A stretch of DNA of 64,000 bases from an uncultured Bryobacteraceae bacterium (GTDB lineage: Bacteria; Acidobacteriota; Terriglobia; Bryobacterales; Bryobacteraceae): NCBI GenBank assembly GCA_964245395.1, contig CAXTMN010000001.1, positions 56,552 to 120,551 of the forward strand, read 5' to 3'. The position numbers were made by a program, and so were the translations under genes. Below are positions 35,885-45,016 of the stretch, one piece after another. The notes beneath the pieces are model-generated. The model made no database searches and had not been told where the DNA came from. It saw only the letters and a program-made list of their open reading frames with translations. The first letter of the stretch is position 1. Every line of letters begins with the position of its first letter.

Positions 35885-36750
35885 GATTTGCCGTGGAGCG
35901 TTCGGTATCAGCGAACGCAGACCACATGCGAGCTGTTCGGCATGTGGCGATCGAGTTGTCGGTATGAACAACAGCCAGATCGCGATGAGGAGTTGCGCGA
36001 GCAGCTGATGGCATTAGCGGAGGAGCGGCCGCGCTTCGGCTATCGGCGCCTGGGCGTGTTGCTGGCTCGTGAAGACAAGCATGTCAATCATAAGCGTCTG
36101 TTTCGCGTGTACCGCGCGGCAGGATTGAGCGTGAAGCGAAACCGGCGCAAAAAGCTGGTACGAATCGGTGTCAGCCAGCCAATTTTGAGCGCACCGAATC
36201 AGGAGTGGTCATTGGACTTCTTGTGTGACGCGCTGGCAACCGGTCGCGCCGTGCGCGTCTTAAGCGTTGTCGACAACTTCACTCGCGAGTGCCTGGCCTT
36301 AGAAGCCGATACTTCGTTCGCCAGTCAGCGAGTCACGCGTGTGCTTGACGATTTGATCGCTCGGCGTGGCAGTCCGAAAGCGCTGCGCATGGATAACGGC
36401 CCGAACTTACCTCGCGACACTTCCTGGCCTGGTGCCTGGAACGCAAGATCGCAATGCATCACATTCAGCCAGGGAAGCCGATGCAGAACGGCCATATCGA
36501 GAGCTTCAATGGCCGTCTTCGTGATGAATGCTTGAATGCAAACTGGTTTCGCAACCTGTTCGACGCTCGTCACAAGATCGCTCACTGGCGCGACGATTAC
36601 AACACTGCGCGCCCACACAGCAGTTTGGCGTACCGAACACCCAGCGAGTTCGCAGGGCAGTGGCAACGCCCTTCGTCCTCCTTGATTCCGATACCGCAGC
36701 CTGAACCGTCCGTCAAGGCTACCTTGCGCCGCGCTCACGCGCGGCCTTGA
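35846..36750 (+). pseudogene. IS3-family transposase OrfB (DDE) with additional frame disruptions
   Basis: The homologous product must be followed through three frames: ...AVER / GISERR / CELFGMWRSSCRYE...LRMDNGP / [41 protein letters not shown]. Confidence 0.75.
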
Positions 36751-36864
36751 AAAACGAACCCGGCTGCAGAGAACAACCTGATATGAGGACGAAGGGCTCA
36801 TACGACGGAGTGCTTACGTGATATTTTCAAAACTCTAACTGGACCAACTAACGGGGGCAGGTCA

Positions 36865-37791
36865 CCTACATTCTGATAGTGGATTGGAGTCGCATTGGTG
36901 GTGACGTTTGGGTAGCAGATTGGAAACTGAGCCGCATTTTCTTTGGTGAACCGTTGTGATTTGAACTTCGAATGCGTGAAGACGAAAAGGAGAGTGTCCA
37001 CTTGCAGATCCTGAGCGGCTTGTTGAGCTTCCGCTATTTCTCTATCTGAATCGTTGAATTCGAATAGAATGTACTTCCAAATCAAATGCTGTCTGCGGCC
37101 GTCTACCTTCCGCGGAGCAGCTCGCATGAAATTCATGACCAGATCAACGTCGCCGTCGACCCGATACTGCTGGTACGAGCTTTGTCTCACTCCATCGCAG
37201 GAAATAAAGATTTCGTCGAGCGGCTGCCCTCCTGTGGCCCGGTGGTAATCGAAGTTCGCGTTAGTTATTAATCTTTGACAAGTCTTAGGAAAGTACTTGC
37301 GAGCTAAACGCACGAATTCACGGAAGGCACGATTTATCAAAGGCTCTCCCTGGCCGCAGTACTCTATCTGTTCGACTCGAAATCTAGATTCCTGAACGCT
37401 CGCCAGGACTTTTTCAAACAGACGAACATCCATGACAAACGGCTTTGGGCGGTCAACGATCTGCTGTGCCTGGCTGCAGCATGGACACTTCAGGTTACAT
37501 GCAAGTGATGGCTCTATCTGAATCTTCCGGATAGTGGAATGAGAGATCGAGTCCAAGAAGGGCTGATTAGGCTAGAAAAAAGCACAACGAGGGCAGTAAT
37601 GGGGCCAAGGAACGTCGCCCGAACTGAACGAACTCCGAATGCGCTGGTAAGCCATATTCTTGAAAGCATCCTTGACAGTCCAGTTGTCATCCTGCAGCCG
37701 AGCTCAGAATAATGCCCTCGCCAGCATCGTCATCGCAGGGAATGTCTCCGTTGCTTCGAACGTACAAGGTGCTTAGGACTTCGCAATTCAT
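36865..37791 (-). pseudogene. radical SAM domain protein gene, disrupted (frameshift, in-frame TAG, IS insertion)
   Basis: CNLKCPCC supplies the CxxxCxxC cluster motif. The N-terminal MNCEVLSTLYVRSNGDIPCDDD... starts at 37791 in another frame (shift near 37700). There is an in-frame TAG at 37572..37574, and the 3' end is cut by the IS at 36864/36865. Confidence 0.65.
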
Positions 37792-37979
37792 GTTTTGGCA
37801 TCAGTTTAGCTTTGGTATTTGAGAGATCCTGATGTCACAACTGTGGCCAAACCCATTTCTAAGAGTCTTGATTCAAAATCTGTGGAAGACTCGGTTGTTT
37901 CGCCCGGCGTTTAGGCGGTATTCGAGTTGGCGGTTCATGCGGAAAGCAAACAATTGTAAAAGTAATCTGTTCGCTGCTC

Positions 37980-38999
37980 TTGAATGCTCAGTCGCGATCA
38001 TACTTACGAGATGGGAAAAAACTCTTGGTTCACGCGTCGAGGTTTTGTCGGAGCCGGTATGGGACTTGCGGCTACTCTGCGTGGTGGGCGAGCAGCACGA
38101 GCGCTCGGACTGGCCTCGGGAGACGGGTCTGCGGGCTGATACCGGAGCACGAAGTTGGTCCTTATTACATACCGAACGAACTGCTGCGTTCGGATCTCAC
38201 TGAAGAAAAAGTGGGCGTACCTCTAGGGCTTCGGTTGATGGTGCTCGATGCACACACTTGCAAACCTTTGTCTAAGGTAGCGGTTGACGTATGGCACTGT
38301 GATGCGCTGGGCTTGTACGCTGGATTCACCAAACAGAATCCCAGGGGACCTGGGGGACCTCCGCCTGGTTTTGGACCGGGCGGGCCGCCACCCAGCTTCG
38401 ACCCCCAACATCCCGGGAACCACCCGGGGCCGCTTGAAGGCATGGGCCCTCCGCCTGAAAATCACGCTACAGATAAACTAACCTTCCTTCGAGGCGTACA
38501 ACTGACGGAGGCAGACGGCGCGGTAGAGTTCAAGACCGTTTTCCCAGGCTTCTACATGGGTCGCACCAACCATATCCACTTCCAAATTCGCGTGGGGGAC
38601 GAAATAGCTGAACCGACATACCGGGCGGGCCATACGTCGCACACAGGGCAAATTTTTTTCCCAGAAGACCTGGCGGCGAAGCTGATGGGATTGCCGCCTT
38701 ATGCTGAGCACAATATTCATCGAACGACTCAAAATGAAGACGAGATTTTCATGGATCAGCACGGTGGGGAATCAATGGCACGTGTGATGCTCACGAACCC
38801 CAAGGAGATCGAAGCGGGACTCCATGCTGAGTTGATTGCTGCTGTTGATCCAGCCGCTACTCCCGGCCCTGCGCAGCGTCGCATGAGGCACGTCCGAACT
38901 CCCGGTGCACTGCCGCCGATAAAACCTCAACGTCCCGGGGAAACGGGAACTGCGACGTTAGTGACAACCTCTATTCTCGCCAAGATGACGCGCAACTGA
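37980..38999 (+). CDS. intradiol ring-cleavage dioxygenase-family protein; Tat signal out of frame
   Basis: CGLIPEHEVGPYYIPNE, VDVWHCDALGLYAGF and GRTNHIHFQI are family motifs. The Tat leader MGKNSWFTRRGFVGAGMGLAATL starts at 38011 in a different frame and stops at about 38128. Confidence 0.7.
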   Translation: MNAQSRSYLRDGKKLLVHASRFCRSRYGTCGYSAWWASSTSARTGLGRRVCGLIPEHEVGPYYIPNELLRSDLTEEKVGVPLGLRLMVLDAHTCKPLSKVAVDVWHCDALGLYAGFTKQNPRGPGGPPPGFGPGGPPPSFDPQHPGNHPGPLEGMGPPPENHATDKLTFLRGVQLTEADGAVEFKTVFPGFYMGRTNHIHFQIRVGDEIAEPTYRAGHTSHTGQIFFPEDLAAKLMGLPPYAEHNIHRTTQNEDEIFMDQHGGESMARVMLTNPKEIEAGLHAELIAAVDPAATPGPAQRRMRHVRTPGALPPIKPQRPGETGTATLVTTSILAKMTRN

Positions 39000-39174
39000 A
39001 AGTAGATGGAAAGTAGCCGACGAGAAGGAGGGGGGCTCTCGCGTCCCCCATATTCGACCTCTGGCTTCTGATAGCATCAAGACCATCGCAACCAATCTGT
39101 CTGATGGCCTGAAGATCTCGTGGGCAATTTTTCTCATTGTCTGGATCATCGGCGCGTTCACGTCCAAGAGAAGC

Positions 39175-39657
39175 GTGCGGCGTCAATCCTGGGCATCTCG
39201 CTTCGGTATGGTCGCCATCGCGATCCTCGAATATTTTCTGCTTTTTGGGGCGGCTCGCTATTTCGGGTTCGCGTACTCGAGATTCTTACCGGATTCAGTG
39301 ATGTACCTGTGGATCGGCCTATTCATGACTATCGCAGGAGTGATGTTTGCCATTTGGGCGCGGGTCACGCTCGGCCGAAACTGGAGCGGGATTGTAACGG
39401 TCAAGCAGAACCACGAGCTGATTCGCACCGGTCCTTACGCATGGGTGCGTCATCCCATTTACACGGGCATCACAATTGCAGTAATCGGAACAGTCATATT
39501 TGACGGAGAGCTCCGAAGCATCATTCTCTTTGTTGCAATACTGTTAGCACTTACTCACAAGATGAAGATAGAAGAACAATTCATGACCGAGCAGTTCGGA
39601 TCCGAATACGCCAGGTATCGGCAAAAGACGAAGGCGTTGGTGCCGTTTCTCTGGTAG
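39175..39657 (+). CDS. isoprenylcysteine carboxyl methyltransferase (ICMT/PEMT) family membrane protein
   Basis: LIRTGPYAWVRHPIYTGI plus multiple TM helices. The open frame extends upstream to about 38988 without ATG/GTG/TTG. An ATG at 39006 is in another frame, ahead of a G6 run at 39030..39035. Confidence 0.7.
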   Translation: MRRQSWASRFGMVAIAILEYFLLFGAARYFGFAYSRFLPDSVMYLWIGLFMTIAGVMFAIWARVTLGRNWSGIVTVKQNHELIRTGPYAWVRHPIYTGITIAVIGTVIFDGELRSIILFVAILLALTHKMKIEEQFMTEQFGSEYARYRQKTKALVPFLW

Positions 39658-39723
39658 CAGGTACGAGCCTCTGAATGATCTTGTCGACGTCTCGCTGAGG
39701 TCGAAGCGATCCATCGCGTTGGT

Positions 39724-41667
39724 ATGAAGAACAGAATTTTTATTTCGCTGTTGTTTATGTGCGCTGCGGCTATGGCTCAGACTGGGCCTGAGCACGAATG
39801 GACAGTACAGTCGCCGAATGGCGGTGTTGCGGTTCATGTTGCTTTACAGGGGCAGCTTACTTACTCGATTTCTTTCCACGGCCGTCCGGTGATTGTCGAG
39901 TCGCCACTCGGGCTTGAATTTCGTGAGGGGCTCGCTCTTACTGGGCCTAATCTCAGGTTCGTCAATCTCGCGAGGAGCAGCGTCGATACAAGTTGGACAA
40001 ATTTACTTGGCAAGAGTAATCCGGTTCGAGATCAGTACAACCAGGAGGTCGTAAGTTTCGGGGCGTCAGCTTCGGCCACGATGAAGCTGTTGGTGCGCGC
40101 GTTTGATGACGGGGCGGCTTTCCGGTATGAGGCAATTTCGACCGGTTCACAAGAAGCCGTAATACAGAGCGAAAAAACCGAATTCCGATTCCCCAATGAT
40201 CCGACTGTTTGGGCAGCGACTTACGACGGCTTCAGTCACCCGTACGAGCATGAGTATGCCAAAGCGAAACTGTCGAGTATCTATCCATCCAGCCTGATTG
40301 GCTTGCCTTTGCTGGTCGAGACCGATCCGCAGACCTTCGTCGGGATCACGGAGGCGGACCTGACGGATTGGGCGGGGATGTATTTGAAAACAACGGCTCG
40401 GAATGCGCCGCCTATCGTAAAGGCCGCGCTATCGCCCAGGCTGGATGGCGATGGATTGGTGAAGGTGAAGCTCCCGCACAGCTCACCCTGGCGAGTGGTG
40501 ATGATCGGCTCGAAGCCAGGGGATTTGATCGAGTCGAATCTGATCGTCAATTTGAGCCCGCCGTCGGCCATTGCGAACACCTCGTGGATTCAGCCGGGCA
40601 AAATGGCGTGGGATCACTGGTGGAGCGGCGACGTCAAGATGGACAACGAAACGGAAAAGCGCTTTATCAAGTTTGCCGGCGAGATGGGGTTCCCTTACCA
40701 GCTGGTGGATTGGCAATGGTATGGCACCTTCAACAAGCCCGGCGCTGATATTACGAAGCCCGCGCCGCAACTGAATATGCCGGAGCTGCTGCGCTATGCG
40801 AAAGAGCAGAAAGTGCGGCTCTGGTTGTGGCTGCATTCAGGCGATGTGAACCGAGCGCTAAAGGCAGGGACGCTCGATGAAGCGTTTACCGTTTATCAAA
40901 GGTGGGGCATAGCGGGCGTCAAGATCGACTTCATGGAACGGGACGACCAGGAAATGGTGAATTGGTACAGCACGGTGGTGGAGCTCGCCGCCAAGCACCG
41001 CTTGATGATGGACTACCATGGGGCGTTCAAGCCGACGGGCCTGCGGCGGACATGGCCGAATTTGCTGACGCGCGAAGGAGTTTTGGGTAACGAGTACAAC
41101 AAGGTTAGCGGGCGAGTAACACCCGAGCACAAGTTGACGCTGCCATTCACGCGGATGCTGGCAGGCCCGATGGATTACACGCCGGGCGGGTTTCTGAACA
41201 GAAGTCCAGCGGAATGGAAAGAGACGACGCCTACTGAAGTGATGGGCAGCCGGCCGCAGGAATTGGCTCTCTTTGTGGTCTATGAAAGCCCTCTGATGTG
41301 TGTTGCCGACGATCCGGATCATTACCGGGGACAACCGGGGCTGGATTTTCTGAAGGTTGTTCCGACGGTTTGGGACGAGACACGCGTCCTGGAAGGCACA
41401 GTGGGAAAGCATATCCTGCTTGCGCGCCGAAAGGGAAACGATTGGTATGTCGGCGGAATGACCGGCGACGACGAGTTTCAAGCGAAGTTACCGCTCAGCT
41501 TTTTGGGCAACAACCGGTACTTGGCAACGATTTTCGCCGATCCGAACGACCCGAATGCGAGCTATGAGCAGGTGAATCAGACGGAACAGCGAGTGACGGC
41601 GAAGGATGTCATTGATGTGAGGATGCGCCCGGCCGGTGGAGTCGCCATTTACTTTCGGGCTGAGTAG
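39724..41667 (+). CDS. glycoside hydrolase family 97
   Basis: Signal peptide. VKIDFMERDDQEMVNWY...DYHGAFKPTGLRRTWPNLLTREGVLGNEY matches the GH97 catalytic region. Confidence 0.85.
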   Translation: MKNRIFISLLFMCAAAMAQTGPEHEWTVQSPNGGVAVHVALQGQLTYSISFHGRPVIVESPLGLEFREGLALTGPNLRFVNLARSSVDTSWTNLLGKSNPVRDQYNQEVVSFGASASATMKLLVRAFDDGAAFRYEAISTGSQEAVIQSEKTEFRFPNDPTVWAATYDGFSHPYEHEYAKAKLSSIYPSSLIGLPLLVETDPQTFVGITEADLTDWAGMYLKTTARNAPPIVKAALSPRLDGDGLVKVKLPHSSPWRVVMIGSKPGDLIESNLIVNLSPPSAIANTSWIQPGKMAWDHWWSGDVKMDNETEKRFIKFAGEMGFPYQLVDWQWYGTFNKPGADITKPAPQLNMPELLRYAKEQKVRLWLWLHSGDVNRALKAGTLDEAFTVYQRWGIAGVKIDFMERDDQEMVNWYSTVVELAAKHRLMMDYHGAFKPTGLRRTWPNLLTREGVLGNEYNKVSGRVTPEHKLTLPFTRMLAGPMDYTPGGFLNRSPAEWKETTPTEVMGSRPQELALFVVYESPLMCVADDPDHYRGQPGLDFLKVVPTVWDETRVLEGTVGKHILLARRKGNDWYVGGMTGDDEFQAKLPLSFLGNNRYLATIFADPNDPNASYEQVNQTEQRVTAKDVIDVRMRPAGGVAIYFRAE

Positions 41668-41708
41668 TGACGCCCTCCATCAGATTCGAATCAATATAAT
41701 TCACTGTT

Positions 41709-42992
41709 ATGGGTGAAGACGAAGACATCGGACGGCGGGCTTTTGTCGGGGCTGCGGCCGGGCTGCTGATCCTCAGGCCCGAGACGGTTTGGGGATATCA
41801 GGCGAACTCGGCAGTACGAATTGGACTGCTGGGATGCGGGCGGCGCGGGACAGCGGTTGCGACATCATTTGCCAAGAATACTAAGGCTCGCATCGTGGCG
41901 CTGGCGGATGTGTTTCAGGACCAGCTGGACACGGCGAAAGGCGTCTTCGATGGAATCGCCAGTTCGTTGGGATATGGAGGCGTGGAGAAAGGCTCGTTGT
42001 TTCGAGGCTCGGAAGCTTACCAGGAACTGGCGGCCTCGAGCAGCATCGACTCTATTCAGATTTCGACGCCGTGCTTTTTTCACGTGGAGCACATGGCCGC
42101 GGCGGTGGCAGCGGGTAAACACGTTTACTGCGAGAAACCGGTCGGGGTCGATGTGGTGCAGGCGAAACGTGCTTTGGAGGTCGGCAAGCGAGCCGAGGGT
42201 AAGGTCAGTCTCGATGTCGGGTTTCAGATTCGCAGTGCGCCGCCTTTCGTGGAGTTAGTACGGCGTATTCACGAAGGCGCGCTTGGAAAGCTGGTGTCTA
42301 TCGCGGCACATTATTATGCGCCCGCGAGCCAGTATCCGGACCGGTCGTCGTCTCTGTCAGCTGACGAGCTACGGCTGCGGAACTGGAATTGGGACCTAGC
42401 GATCTCCGGTGACAGCATTCTGGAGCAGGACATTCACGTCGTCGATATTTGTAACTGGGTTACTGGCGGTCATCCGGTGGCAGCGTATGCGACCGGAGGC
42501 CGCAGCGTGATCTCTCATTTCGGAGACACATGGGATAACTATCAAGTTAACTACACTTACCCCAATAACATACATGCAAGCTTGACCACGACGCAGTATG
42601 GCAACAACGATTACTTTGATGTTACCGAGCAAGTGCTCGGTTCCAAGGGGTATTCGGAGTCGCCGTACTCAGGCCCGGTGAGGATTGTTGGCGAGAATGC
42701 GTGGGAGTGGAAGAGCGCCAACGAGGCTGGTCAGCCGAAGAGCGCAGGGTTTGCAGCGAACGGGGCTTTCTCGGACAATCTGGCGCAGGCAGATTCAGAG
42801 AAAGACAAGGCATTTATCGAGAGCATTGTGAGCGGCAGGTTTCACAATCAAGCCTCATTAGGCGTGGAGAGTGCGCTGAGCGCAATGCTGGCCCGGATGG
42901 CGGCGCGGAAAGGCCGGCTGGTGACATGGGATGAACTGATTGCCAGCAACGAGCAGTACAACTTGGGGCTGAACATGAGCCAGTTCAAGTAG
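41709..42992 (+). CDS. Gfo/Idh/MocA-family oxidoreductase with Tat signal
   Basis: GRRAFVGAAAGLLIL Tat leader. IGLLGCGRRG Rossmann region and EKP motif (VYCEKPVG). Confidence 0.8.
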   Translation: MGEDEDIGRRAFVGAAAGLLILRPETVWGYQANSAVRIGLLGCGRRGTAVATSFAKNTKARIVALADVFQDQLDTAKGVFDGIASSLGYGGVEKGSLFRGSEAYQELAASSSIDSIQISTPCFFHVEHMAAAVAAGKHVYCEKPVGVDVVQAKRALEVGKRAEGKVSLDVGFQIRSAPPFVELVRRIHEGALGKLVSIAAHYYAPASQYPDRSSSLSADELRLRNWNWDLAISGDSILEQDIHVVDICNWVTGGHPVAAYATGGRSVISHFGDTWDNYQVNYTYPNNIHASLTTTQYGNNDYFDVTEQVLGSKGYSESPYSGPVRIVGENAWEWKSANEAGQPKSAGFAANGAFSDNLAQADSEKDKAFIESIVSGRFHNQASLGVESALSAMLARMAARKGRLVTWDELIASNEQYNLGLNMSQFK

Positions 42993-43001
42993 CGAGCGAA
43001 G

Positions 43002-43922
43002 ATGCACAGCAACAGGCGAACGTTCGTACGGACGGGCTTACTGGGGACAGCGTCTGCGGGTCTGTCCTCCGAATCGGAGCCGAATTCGCGAGGTCCGCGA
43101 CTTGGCGTGGTAACCAAAGTGGACGCAGGAGTCAATCCAGATGAAGCCCTGGCGAAGGTAAGGCGGTTAGGATTCTCGACCTGTCAAATGGCTGTGGGTA
43201 TGGCGCCCGCAAGCTTAGCTGGGCCAATCCGACGTGCGGCGGAGAAGCATCAAGTGGCTATCACAGCGCTGATGACTTTAGGGGAAGGCCGCATGGTGTG
43301 GGATCTGAAAGATGGGCCGAAAACCATCGGGATCATTCCGCAGCCGACGCGTTCCGGTCGAATTGATGCGTTAAAGCGCGCGTCGGATTTAGCCAAGTCA
43401 TGCGGAGTGAAAGCTGTCCATACGCATTGCGGCTTTATTCCGGAAGATCCCAATGAGCCACTTTACGCCGAAGCATTGCAGGCAATCAAGGAAGCAGCGA
43501 CTCATATCAGGAACAACGGGCAAACGTTCCTGATGGAGACGGGGCAGGAGAGCCCGATTACGCTGCTGCGGGCGATCAAGGATGTCGGGTTGGACAATCT
43601 TGCTGTGAACCTCGACGTGGCGAACTTGATTTTGTATGGGAAGGGTGAACCGGTTGGTGCTTTGGACGTGTTGGGAAAGTATGTTCGAGGCATGCATGCA
43701 AAAGACGGGCTCTACCCCAGCGATCCGTATGGATTGGGGGAGGAGACGCCGATCGGAAAGGGACGCGTTCGCTTTCCTGAGGTCTTTGTGGGGCTGCGCC
43801 GCTTGAACTACACGGGGCCGATCACGATTGAACGGGAGATTTCAGGTCCGGCGCAGGAAAGCGACATAGCCAGTTCCAAGTTATATCTACAGAGATTGTT
43901 GAAACAGACCTGGGGCACTTAG
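43002..43922 (+). CDS. sugar phosphate isomerase/epimerase (xylose-isomerase-like TIM barrel) with Tat-like signal
   Basis: NRRTFVRTGLLGTASAG leader. The TIM-barrel family pattern includes ...LMETGQES...NLDVANLILYG.... Confidence 0.7.
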   Translation: MHSNRRTFVRTGLLGTASAGLSSESEPNSRGPRLGVVTKVDAGVNPDEALAKVRRLGFSTCQMAVGMAPASLAGPIRRAAEKHQVAITALMTLGEGRMVWDLKDGPKTIGIIPQPTRSGRIDALKRASDLAKSCGVKAVHTHCGFIPEDPNEPLYAEALQAIKEAATHIRNNGQTFLMETGQESPITLLRAIKDVGLDNLAVNLDVANLILYGKGEPVGALDVLGKYVRGMHAKDGLYPSDPYGLGEETPIGKGRVRFPEVFVGLRRLNYTGPITIEREISGPAQESDIASSKLYLQRLLKQTWGT

Positions 43923-45016
43923 ATGCGAACGAACCAGCGCCGGCGATACATTGCATACGCAATCAGGTACATCAGTGCGGTGAAGGAAAGAGCCCACAAG
44001 AGCGATGCGTTTAAGGGCGATGCAAGTGGAGTGAAGAAGCTCGTGTAAATGCGCTGGTGGAGGGACGTTGCATCGAGAAATTCAGCAAAGAACTCGGAGG
44101 CGAGATAGATAGCAATTGCGTTCATGCCAGTTACTAAGAAGGGCTTGAGATACCGGCCATAGTTATGCTCATCGGCAAGCCAAATGAACATGGCGAGAAC
44201 GGCGAAGTCAAGGCCTGCCATGAACGTGGCGAATGAGTCAGTCCACAGCTTCTTGTTGATGGGCAGCCAAATGTTCATGAGGAGACCGAGAGCCAGCAGG
44301 AGAGCGCTGACCATCAGAAGACGGCTTCGGCGCACGGCGAGAGGCAAACTAAGCCGCAAGACGTGACCAGCCATAATGCCCAGCAGGGTTGATCCAATCG
44401 CAGGCAACGTGCTGACGATGCCTTCGGGATCCCATGTTTTGGTCTCCGAGTAGTTGTGTGTTCCTAATATAATCCGGTCAACGTAGTGAGCGAAATTACC
44501 CTCCATGTCCAGCCTGCCGGCGGTGTAACCAGGAACGCTGATGAAGGTCATGACGAGCCAATAGGCGAGAAACAAAACGACGATGCAGAGTATCTGGGCG
44601 CGGATGCCGGTGTAGAGGTAAATGAGCGAGGCAACGAGATAACAGATGGCAATTCGCTGGAGAACTCCGAGCAGCCGCTGATGTGACAGGCTCAGGGTCG
44701 GGTACACATAGACAAGTAAGCCGAGAACATAGAGGATCACGGCGCGGCGAAAAATTCTCGGGAGTAATTGGGATGGAGTATCTCCGAGCTGCAGTCCTCT
44801 TCCCAGCGAAAGAGTGATGGCGACACCAACGATCCACAAGAAAGACGGAAAGACGGTGTCTGTTACGGTCCAGCCGTTCCATTCGGAATGCTCGAGGGCA
44901 GTATAGGAATGGGGACCACCGCCGTTATTGACCAGCACCATAAGGAGCACCGTCGCCCCGCGGAACGCATCGAGCGATAGCAGTCGTTGTGGAGGGGCGT
45001 TGACAAAGGACATCAA
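43919..45016 (-). CDS. heparan-alpha-glucosaminide N-acetyltransferase-like (DUF5009/DUF1624) membrane acyltransferase
   Basis: RLLSLDAFRGATVLLMVLVNNGG...HSEWNGWTVTDTVFPSFLWIVGV, with about 10 TM helices. Confidence 0.75.
   Translation of the reverse strand: MMSFVNAPPQRLLSLDAFRGATVLLMVLVNNGGGPHSYTALEHSEWNGWTVTDTVFPSFLWIVGVAITLSLGRGLQLGDTPSQLLPRIFRRAVILYVLGLLVYVYPTLSLSHQRLLGVLQRIAICYLVASLIYLYTGIRAQILCIVVLFLAYWLVMTFISVPGYTAGRLDMEGNFAHYVDRIILGTHNYSETKTWDPEGIVSTLPAIGSTLLGIMAGHVLRLSLPLAVRRSRLLMVSALLLALGLLMNIWLPINKKLWTDSFATFMAGLDFAVLAMFIWLADEHNYGRYLKPFLVTGMNAIAIYLASEFFAEFLDATSLHQRIYTSFFTPLASPLNASLLWALSFTALMYLIAYAMYRRRWFVRI

Larger units (their letters stand above)
35532..36864 (+). mobile_element. 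IS3-family insertion sequence (IS407-like), 1333 bp, decayed transposase
   Basis: Imperfect terminal IRs tgacctgaacccctgaaactggtcc (35532..) and ggaccaactaacgggggcaggtca (..36864). A 4-bp direct repeat CCTA lies at 35528..35531 and 36865..36868. orfA/orfB organisation. Confidence 0.85.

Noticed and set aside
40858-41481. 207-aa minus-strand ORF
   Set aside because: It is antisense to the GH97 catalytic region and is a shadow ORF.
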